Of a DNA stretch of 13,732 nucleotides, positions 6,832 through 13,043 are shown piece by piece (position 1 is the stretch's first letter; each line of letters opens with the position of its first letter). The notes under the pieces are model-generated. The model was given only the letters and a program-made list of their open reading frames with translations. It did not search any database and was not told the DNA's origin. The translations under genes and the position numbers were made by a program. Source of the DNA: Chlamydiota bacterium (lineage in GTDB: Bacteria; Auribacterota; JACPWU01); the NCBI GenBank assembly GCA_016196885.1, contig JACPWU010000030.1, positions 1-13,732 on the forward strand. Direction: 5' to 3'.

Positions 6832-9012
6832 TCACTTTTTAGCCTTCCGAGCGATTTGAATCGCCTCTTGGAAATGTTCTTTCCTCACAACAAATTTCTC
6901 CACCAATCCATTGGACTTATCTTGATGCTCTCCAATAAATTCCCTAATCGCCAAGGTCACCGCCTGCCTGCAAAGGGCTGCAATATCGGCCCCGCTGGCC
7001 CCTTCTGTTTCTCGAGCCAGCGCTTCTTTGTCCACCTTTTTTTCGACTGGGGTTCCCTTCAAATGAATCTGAAATATCCCCTCTCGTGCTTTAAGATCCG
7101 GAGGACCCAGCATAATAATATGATCAAATCGGCCCGGCCGGATCAGGGCCGGGTCAATCAAATCCACTCGATTGGTCGCACCCAAGATAATCACGCCTCG
7201 AAGCTCCTCCGTCCCATCTAACTCTGTTAAAAATTGACTAAGGGTCCGACCCATAACCCCGGAATCACCATCGCCTGAGCCCCTTCTCGGAGCCATGGAA
7301 TCCATCTCATCAAAAAATAGAACACAGGGAGCCGCGGACCTTGCCTTTTTAAAAATCTCCCGAACGCCTTTTTCAGTCTCCCCCACATATTTCGAAACCA
7401 ATTCAGGGCCTTTAATCGAAATGAAATTGACCTCGGACTCCGTTGCCAACGCCTTTGCGAGTAAAGTTTTCCCCATTCCTGGAGCACCTATCAGAAGAAC
7501 CCCTTTATTGGGTTTGAGATTTGCCTTCTCGAAAACCTTCGCATAGTGAAGGGGCCACTCTGCTCCCTCGATGAGCAATTTTTTCACAGCTTCAAGTCCC
7601 CCAATATCCGACCAGCGCACATGGGGAGTCTCTAGTGAGACCTCACGAATGGCGGAGGGCTCCACCTCATTCAATGCCTGTGTAAAATGTTCTTGTGTCA
7701 CTTCCAGGGACTCGATCACTTCAAGGGGAAGGTCTTCGATGCGCATTCCTCTTTTTTCCAAAACCTGTCTCAGGCAGCTCATCGCGGCCTCCCTGGCCAA
7801 TGCCTCAACATCAGCCCCCACATAGCCATGGGTGATATCCGCTATCCTCTCCAAACTCACATCTTCGGCCAGGGGCATTCCACGCGTATGGATTTCAAGT
7901 ATTTTAAGCCGTCCATTGCGATCCGGAATTCCAATCGTAATCTCGCGATCAAACCGGCCGGGCCGCCTCAAAGCAGGATCCAAAAGATCCGGCATATTGG
8001 TCGCCCCAATCACAATCAGCTCGCCCCGCGATTTTAATCCATCCAAAAGAGACAAAAGCGTGGCGACAATTCTTTTCTCTACCTCCCCCTGGACATTCGC
8101 CCTCTTGGGGGCCACTGAATCAATTTCATCAATGAAGATAATGGCTGGGGCATGGAGCCTCGCCTCTTCAAAAATGGATCGTAAATGACTTTCGGATTCG
8201 CCGTAAAATTTATGCACGATCTCAGGGCCATTGATCGTGTAGAAATTGGCCTCCGATTCATGAGCCACCGCGCGGGCAATCAAGGTCTTTCCTGTCCCTG
8301 GAGGTCCATAGAGAAGAACCCCCTTCGGGGGATCAATTCCCAATCGCTCAAACACCTCAGGATGTTTAAGGGGCAGTTCCACCATCTCCCGAATTCTCTG
8401 AATCTCCCTGGTCAAGCCACCAATGTCCTCGTAAGAAACACCGGGACGAGTCTTTTCTTCACCCTTTACAGCCTCCCCTTCAATTTTGATTTGCGTTGAA
8501 GATGTGATGAGAAGAGGACCCTCGGGCGAAGTATTCACCACTTCAAAATCTCGAGTCCTCGATCCAAAAAGAGTCGCGCGGACCCGATCCCCTTTAAGGA
8601 CAGGCAACCCCTCCAGGAGACGGCCCACATAAGGATCAGACGAAGGCAGGGCACCTTGTTTTGAGGAACTCAGCGTTGTTTTGAGCCACAAGGTTCTCGC
8701 GGGCTCAGCAGTTGTAGCAAAAACTAAAACCTTCCCATCTAAGCCAATTTTTGCATTTTCGCGAGTGACTCCATCAATCTGAATGTAATGCTTCCCTCGA
8801 TACTCCTCGTAGGTCGGAGCCAGCTTCGCCACCGTCTTATGCTTGCCTTCAATAAATATAATATCCCCGACATGGCAGCCCAATTTTTCCATATCGGACG
8901 GATCCAAGCGGGCAATCCCACGCCCTACATCCCTCACCAAAGCTTCTGCAACACGGAAAGTGAGGGAATCAGACTTAGAATCAGCTTGTTCCTTTTTTAC
9001 AGTACTGGCCAT
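6832..9012 (-). CDS. Cdc48/VAT/p97-type AAA+ ATPase (N domain plus D1 and D2 rings)
   Basis: N domain: RVAEALVRDVGRGIARLDPSDMEKLGCHVGDIIFIEGK. D1: Walker A GPPGTGKT (8284-8307), Walker B IIFIDEID, pore loop KFYGESE, PALRRPGRFDREI. D2: Walker A GAPGMGKT (7465-7488), Walker B VLFFDEMD, pore loop SKYVGETE, PALIRPGRFDHII. RBS GAGGTG lies 5 nt before the ATG at 9012. Confidence 0.92.
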   Translation of the reverse strand: MASTVKKEQADSKSDSLTFRVAEALVRDVGRGIARLDPSDMEKLGCHVGDIIFIEGKHKTVAKLAPTYEEYRGKHYIQIDGVTRENAKIGLDGKVLVFATTAEPARTLWLKTTLSSSKQGALPSSDPYVGRLLEGLPVLKGDRVRATLFGSRTRDFEVVNTSPEGPLLITSSTQIKIEGEAVKGEEKTRPGVSYEDIGGLTREIQRIREMVELPLKHPEVFERLGIDPPKGVLLYGPPGTGKTLIARAVAHESEANFYTINGPEIVHKFYGESESHLRSIFEEARLHAPAIIFIDEIDSVAPKRANVQGEVEKRIVATLLSLLDGLKSRGELIVIGATNMPDLLDPALRRPGRFDREITIGIPDRNGRLKILEIHTRGMPLAEDVSLERIADITHGYVGADVEALAREAAMSCLRQVLEKRGMRIEDLPLEVIESLEVTQEHFTQALNEVEPSAIREVSLETPHVRWSDIGGLEAVKKLLIEGAEWPLHYAKVFEKANLKPNKGVLLIGAPGMGKTLLAKALATESEVNFISIKGPELVSKYVGETEKGVREIFKKARSAAPCVLFFDEMDSMAPRRGSGDGDSGVMGRTLSQFLTELDGTEELRGVIILGATNRVDLIDPALIRPGRFDHIIMLGPPDLKAREGIFQIHLKGTPVEKKVDKEALARETEGASGADIAALCRQAVTLAIREFIGEHQDKSNGLVEKFVVRKEHFQEAIQIARKAKK

Positions 9013-9108
9013 CTTTCACCTCGTTTCCAAAGCCCAATCGTACGCTCGAAACCCCAACACCCAAGGGAACCGCGCAAAAGCCGGGGTTTGGAAAAGAATA
9101 TATTCATT

Positions 9109-9227
9109 AGCATATGTATTTGACTCTAAAGCGTAGCCGCCCGATTCATCGGGCAATCCCCCATGCACGGCCCCATGAATGGGGCGACTACAAATGGACG
9201 ACATTTTTAGGTCAAATACATGAGCCT
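9109..9227 (+). repeat. Composite palindromic repeat, copy 5 (full element, 119 bp)
   Basis: Left IR AGCATATGTATTTGACT (9109-9125). H1 GCGTAGCCGCCCGATTCATCGGGC (9131-9154). H2 GCCCCATGAATGGGGCGACTACA (9170-9192). Right IR AGGTCAAATACATGAGCCT (9209-9227). Confidence 0.85.
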
Positions 9228-9233
9228 GTAGAT

Positions 9234-9788
9234 CTATTTTTCTTTCTTCCTGAGCTTCAACTCCAACATCCCATTTTTATAACTGACTTGGGCACCCGCT
9301 TCCTCCACGGGTGTTTTAAGCAAAATCTCTTTGCTGTACTTACGCTTTCCCGTCGTGGATAAATTCACCACATCCCCATGAATCTCGTAATGAATCTCAC
9401 TCTCGCTTACCCCTGGCAGCTCGGAAACAATTTGCACTGTAGTACTATCCTCAAAAACATCCACAATGGGCTCTCGGGTCTCTTCCACGACCGGACCTTT
9501 GGGGGTTTTTTTAATATTGCCAAAGGCCTCAACGACAGGTTTTGTCTTTCCACCGGCCCCTGCCATGGTCCGAACGGTGAAGCCAAACACCCCTTTCATA
9601 TCCTTCTGGCCAGGCACTGTAAATTCACCCTCCTTTTGAATCACGCCTCCCTCTTCCTTAATCTTGTCAGCAAGTTCAATTAAATTCCCCAATCCTTGAA
9701 ACAACCCGCCAAAAAGGCCCCCCGTCTTAAACTCAAAGGGAAATTTAACCTCTTCACCCGACTCATCCTTTTTCTTTTCTTTTTTCAT
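9234..9788 (-). CDS. Hsp20/alpha-crystallin family small heat-shock protein
   Basis: Alpha-crystallin domain: VDVFEDSTTVQIVSELPGVSESEIHYEIHGDVVNLS...AQVSYKNGMLELKLRKK (the A-x-x-x-NG-x-L-x-x-x-L-x-K signature). N-terminal Lys/Glu-rich and Gly/Phe-rich extension (GGLFGGLFQGLG). The track start at 9797 is a GTG. ATG at 9788 follows GGAGGTGGAGGAT. Confidence 0.85.
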   Translation of the reverse strand: MKKEKKKDESGEEVKFPFEFKTGGLFGGLFQGLGNLIELADKIKEEGGVIQKEGEFTVPGQKDMKGVFGFTVRTMAGAGGKTKPVVEAFGNIKKTPKGPVVEETREPIVDVFEDSTTVQIVSELPGVSESEIHYEIHGDVVNLSTTGKRKYSKEILLKTPVEEAGAQVSYKNGMLELKLRKKEK

Positions 9789-9830
9789 ATCCTCCACCTC
9801 CAGTCTCTCTCTTTCAGTGAATTAAAATTT

Positions 9831-10132
9831 AGGCATACGTACTTGCCCCACGCATCCTCGTAGCGTAGCCGCCCGATTTATCCCCCCACCCAATCCAGCT
9901 GTTATCTTTAGCACGTTCGTAAGCTTATGACCCGTGCATTGATCGCTAAACAATCCCGCCACCTTCGATAGATTGGGTGGGGGGATGAATCGGGCAAATC
10001 CATGCAAGGGGCACGGCCCCATAAATGGGGCGACTACATCCGTCAAGCGTAGTCGCCCGATTTATCGGGCAACATCCATGCACGGCCCCATAAATGGGGC
10101 GACTACAAATGGACTCAGTGCGTAAGCCCATA
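9831..10132 (+). repeat. Composite palindromic repeat, copy 6. Two tandem H1-H2 units inside one pair of degenerate terminal IRs; the first H1 is expanded into a 25-bp-arm hairpin.
   Basis: Left IR AGGCATACGTACTTGCCC (9831-9848). Expanded H1 arms GCCCGATTTATCCCCCCACCCAATC (9871-9895) and GATTGGGTGGGGGGATGAATCGGGC (9971-9995). H2 (10015-10038). H1 GCGTAGTCGCCCGATTTATCGGGC (10047-10070). H2 (10085-10107). Degenerate right IR TCAGTGCGTAAGCC (~10115-10128). Confidence 0.8.
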
Positions 10133-10135
10133 AAA

Positions 10136-10468
10136 TTAATACGCCAGACTCATCTTCTTCACCCGACTGCCACTTTCTCGCAATTCTTTTTGCTCAGCTT
10201 TTTTGTGAGGCCGCCTGCCTGAAAGCTTTCGATACTGACTCTCAGTCCCCCGAATATCCGCTTCAATCCCTTTCATAATCTCCTTGGCTTCGTGCAACTG
10301 ATGCGTCAAGGTGTTGATTTTGCTGAGCAAACTCTGACGCCGGACCGTGAGAATATAAAGCCGATTGACCTGTTGAACCGTTCCGGTATTCTTAAGAGTA
10401 ACGGTCCGGATATCTGAAGAGCCTCGACTGGTTGAAGATCTCCTCAATAATTTCATTTGCACTGGCAC
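10136..10468 (-). CDS. Hypothetical coiled-coil protein directly downstream of gvpN (position of gvpV in Serratia/Anabaena-type clusters)
   Basis: Intact ORF 18 nt downstream of gvpN, with AAGGAGGG upstream. The start is ambiguous: GTG 10468, GTG 10462 or ATG 10456. It has a basic N-terminus and a helical segment LLSKINTLTHQLHEAKEIMKGIEADIRG. The GvpV assignment rests on synteny only, not on recognised sequence. Confidence 0.45.
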   Translation of the reverse strand: MPVQMKLLRRSSTSRGSSDIRTVTLKNTGTVQQVNRLYILTVRRQSLLSKINTLTHQLHEAKEIMKGIEADIRGTESQYRKLSGRRPHKKAEQKELRESGSRVKKMSLAY

Positions 10469-10486
10469 GGCCCTCCTTTTTTTCTT

Positions 10487-11440
10487 TTAAGGGTCTCTTT
10501 TCGGTTTCTTCCCATTCAAACCAAATTGATGAATGGCTCTCTCCACCACTTCCTTGACCTTGGCTGAAGTTGTCTTACTTCCGATTCTCGAAGTTTCTGA
10601 ACAAAGAACATCCAGACAAATCTGTTTAAAAAGAGAATGGTCCGCACCCAGACAAACCCCTTTTCCATAATCCTGAACGGTTTTGGCAATCATGATACAG
10701 CCCCGAATGGTGGGCGCAAATTCATACTGGCCATGCTCCCTCAAATAGCGAACGATCTTCACAATCTTTAAGGCGACTTCCCTGGAAAGTCCTGATCTTC
10801 TTGCAGTAATCGCGCATTCTGTCTCCTCATCAAAGGGCTCCAGATCCAGTGTCACCATCCGATCCCGAAGCGCATCTTGAGAGCGATGAACGCCGGCGTA
10901 TTCCTCCGGATTCGAAGTAAAAATAGCCCGAAAATTGGGATGAACCTTGATACAACTCTCTCCATCGTTTCTACCCCCTCCGGGAAGATCCAGAATTCCC
11001 TCCTGAAGAACCGAAAGAAGAATATTATTGGCCTCAGGCCTTGAACGGGTAAATTCGTCATAAATCAGCGTATAACCATTTTCCACAGCGACCGTCAAAC
11101 GGTTATCCACCCATCGCTTAGAAGAGTCTTCTTCAACCTTCAAAACAGAAGCAATAAAATTATCTCGAAGTTTGCTCACATGATAACCCGTCTGAGCCCC
11201 CACCAATTCGTCTGTGGTCAGTTGTTCATCTCCATGGATCATAATGACGGGCCTTTCTAAGAGCTCGGCAACACGCAGGGCCGATGTCGTTTTCCCTGTC
11301 CCCGAAATCCCTCTAAAATGGACAGGAAAACCCGCATTCAAATAATGGAGGGCCCTCCCTTGAATTCCTTTAACGAAGGGCGTCTCTACAAAATCCGCCC
11401 CCGCCTTCGGTTGTAAAATTGTAATCTCACTGGTTTCCAT
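10487..11440 (-). CDS. gvpN: Gas vesicle AAA+ ATPase GvpN
   Basis: FVETPFVKGIQGRALHYLNAGFPVHFRGISGTGKTT (Walker A encoded at 11288-11311), Walker B TLIYDEFTRS, and FRAIFTSNPEEYAGVHRSQDALRDR. Length (317 aa) and motifs are typical of GvpN. Confidence 0.9.
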   Translation of the reverse strand: METSEITILQPKAGADFVETPFVKGIQGRALHYLNAGFPVHFRGISGTGKTTSALRVAELLERPVIMIHGDEQLTTDELVGAQTGYHVSKLRDNFIASVLKVEEDSSKRWVDNRLTVAVENGYTLIYDEFTRSRPEANNILLSVLQEGILDLPGGGRNDGESCIKVHPNFRAIFTSNPEEYAGVHRSQDALRDRMVTLDLEPFDEETECAITARRSGLSREVALKIVKIVRYLREHGQYEFAPTIRGCIMIAKTVQDYGKGVCLGADHSLFKQICLDVLCSETSRIGSKTTSAKVKEVVERAIHQFGLNGKKPKRDP

Positions 11441-11515
11441 TTTAAACCTTTAGGGGAGATCAGGCCCTCCGACATCGCGTCTGGGGGCGTGATCTTCCGC
11501 GAAATTTTTTGATCC

Positions 11516-11917
11516 TTAATGCTTCTTGGCTGTCTTTGGCGTAGCCTTCTGGGCCATATTTCTCACACTCGTATCGAAGTGCCGCCTCTTCTCGGCCATC
11601 TCCTTTTCAACCTTCTGAAAGGCCTGATGACCCGCTTTGCATTCCTGATGAAACGCCTTGCTCTCCTTATGGAATCCCTGACACAACTTACCCACACTGT
11701 CGGTCAGGTTACCCACGAAAGTTCCTAAATCCGCATGCAACCCTCTTGCCATTGCCTTGCGATCTTTCCTCGTATGATCTAGAAACTTATGGGCATCATT
11801 CGTTATTCGATTAACCTCGGCGACATTATGCCCAAGGAAATTAATACGGTCATTGAACGAAGAGAGGATGCTTCCTCCCAGATTGGCCATACCTGTTGCA
11901 AATCCCGTGAATGCCAT
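11516..11917 (-). CDS. Hypothetical alpha-helical His/Lys-rich protein between the gvpC-position ORF and gvpN
   Basis: AAGGAG lies 9 nt upstream of the ATG at 11917; the ATG at 11926 abuts the SD with no spacer. It contains three consecutive heptads, GFHKESK / AFHQECK / AGHQAFQ. I recognise no family. Confidence 0.5.
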   Translation of the reverse strand: MAFTGFATGMANLGGSILSSFNDRINFLGHNVAEVNRITNDAHKFLDHTRKDRKAMARGLHADLGTFVGNLTDSVGKLCQGFHKESKAFHQECKAGHQAFQKVEKEMAEKRRHFDTSVRNMAQKATPKTAKKH

Positions 11918-11938
11918 GATATTCATCTCCTTTCCTAA

Positions 11939-12562
11939 TCAGGATAAACTTCGTATCCTGTCACCATCTCTTTCCCTGATGTCTTCTCGCCTTCCGCCGG
12001 TACAAGTCAAATATTCATCGGCCAAAGCGGCGGTCTCGAGCCTAAGCTTAGAACCTAAATCATCAAGGGTCTTTTTGAATTCCCTTAAAGTAAGCTCATC
12101 CTTTTTCTGTAAAAGATACTGCATCTTCTCCCCAATCAGGGCTTGTTCTTCTTGAAAACACCTTAAACTAACCCTCGTATCGGCAATGGAACCCTGAATC
12201 CCCTTCTCCAAAGAAGGGACATCTAAAAAGATCCCCTCCTCGACCCCTCTCTTCAACTGAGCCGCCAACTCTTTTTGCCTCTTTAGAAAAGAATGCAAAG
12301 TCAGCCTAATCTCTTTCTCTCTAGCCCGCTGATAAGCTAAAAGAGGCATCGTGAGCACATCAAAATCCTTTTTCCTAAACGACTCAACTTTGGACAATGT
12401 TTCCCTTAAATTTTCCTGAACCATTTGATTGGCAACACGACATTGGTCGAGCATTTCCATACTTTTTTCGATAATCTCCTGTACGGCACAAATGTTCTCA
12501 TCGTAACCCCTGATCGCGTCTGCTGTAATCCTCTTAATCTCCTCCAACTCTGGTGCTCTCAT
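11939..12562 (-). CDS. Hypothetical alpha-helical protein immediately downstream of gvpA (gvpC position)
   Basis: The track start at 12616 is a GTG. ATG at 12562 is preceded by GGAGGAG with a 5-nt spacer (207 aa). The protein is charged and helical, with a weak recurring motif: ESFRKKD (60-66), HSFLKRQ (90-96), REFKKTL (160-166). LTLHSF and LTLREF lie 70 residues apart. Confidence 0.5.
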   Translation of the reverse strand: MRAPELEEIKRITADAIRGYDENICAVQEIIEKSMEMLDQCRVANQMVQENLRETLSKVESFRKKDFDVLTMPLLAYQRAREKEIRLTLHSFLKRQKELAAQLKRGVEEGIFLDVPSLEKGIQGSIADTRVSLRCFQEEQALIGEKMQYLLQKKDELTLREFKKTLDDLGSKLRLETAALADEYLTCTGGRREDIRERDGDRIRSLS

Positions 12563-12665
12563 GAAAACTCCTCCACTTTTCTTTGGAAAAGCTTGGTTTG
12601 GCAAAGTCAAGCTCACCTGAAATCATCCGCTAAACTCGTGTCTGAGGTCGGCTCGACAAACCATT

Positions 12666-12684
12666 TCCCTCGTCTCCCGAGGGA
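12666..12684 (-). terminator. Putative stem-loop attenuator just downstream of gvpA
   Basis: On the sense strand, TCCCTCG-GGAGA-CGAGGGA (7-bp GC-rich stem, 5-nt loop) begins 10 nt after the gvpA stop. It is followed by AAATGGTTTG, so there is no clean U-tract. A partial terminator after gvpA is a common arrangement, but this one is weak. Confidence 0.3.
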
Positions 12685-12694
12685 TTCCTTTTCC

Positions 12695-12910
12695 CTACGC
12701 AGGCTGAGCCGCCGTCTGTGTAAGACCGATCGCTTCAGCATACTTAAGATAGGTCTCGACACCCGCGCATACGACACGGGCTTCCACGCTCAGGAACTCA
12801 ATTCCCACCAACGAGACCCTGGCCCATGCATCGATCACGATTCCCTTATCCAGAATCCGATCGACAACCTCTGCTAATGAAGAACTCGCCATTGATTTTT
12901 GAACTGCCAT
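12695..12910 (-). CDS. gvpA: Major gas vesicle structural protein GvpA
   Basis: [71 protein letters not shown] is nearly canonical GvpA over its whole 71-aa length. ATG at 12910 is preceded by AAGGAAGGTG. The track start at 12958 is a TTG extension that would overlap the predicted transcription start. Confidence 0.95.
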   Translation of the reverse strand: MAVQKSMASSSLAEVVDRILDKGIVIDAWARVSLVGIEFLSVEARVVCAGVETYLKYAEAIGLTQTAAQPA

Positions 12911-12961
12911 TTGACACCTTCCTTTCTTCTTTTGACCTCTTCCAAGCGTCGGAAGCAATAA

Positions 12962-12977
12962 AGCAATATGCGTACCA
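12962..12977 (-). promoter_or_regulatory. Sigma-54 (RpoN) -24/-12 promoter upstream of gvpA
   Basis: The minus strand reads TGGTACG-CATA-TTGCT against the consensus TGGCACG-N4-TTGCW, matching 11 of 12 specified positions with exact GG/GC spacing. The GC of the -12 element is 53 nt upstream of the gvpA ATG, which implies a leader of about 40 nt. Confidence 0.6.
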
Positions 12978-13043
12978 AAAATTTAGATGTCATCGCAAAG
13001 GCACTAAGCACGTGATGATCTCACTATGGCAATAGTAAACAAC

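Noticed and set aside
9016-10131. Small ORFs 9016-9204, 9822-10046 and 9946-10131 (and 13026-13256 on the plus strand), which encode recurring peptides such as CSRPIYGAVHG
   Set aside because: The shared peptide is simply the translation of the H1/H2 hairpin modules. The ORFs cover repeat DNA, have no SD sequence, and their similarity to each other comes from the nucleotide repeat.
10463-10477. TGGCACG on the plus strand, resembling a sigma-54 -24 box
   Set aside because: No TTGC follows at the -12 position (it reads TCCT). It faces a strand with no genes and lies within the start region of the 110-aa ORF.
11455-11505. Possible stem-loop GGAGATCAGGCCC ... GGGCGTGATCTTCC in the gap upstream of gvpN
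   Set aside because: The pairing needs a bulge and a mismatch, has no U-tract, and has no second copy for comparison. It is too weak to annotate.
12575-12610. Sense-strand hairpin AGCTTG-N12-CAAGCT followed by TTTTCC upstream of the 207-aa ORF, and the plus-strand TGGCAAAGTCAAGCT as a sigma-54-like site
   Set aside because: The stem is only 6 bp with a large loop. The sigma-54-like string has the wrong spacing and faces the gene-less strand.
142-12958. Longer N-terminal extensions given by the ORF track: 1479, 2559, 3225 and 12958 (TTG); 4950, 9797 and 12616 (GTG)
   Set aside because: Each uses a non-ATG codon with no SD sequence. Several run into repeat arms or the predicted gvpA transcription start. 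In every case an internal ATG with a GGAGG-type SD gives an N-terminus typical of the family.
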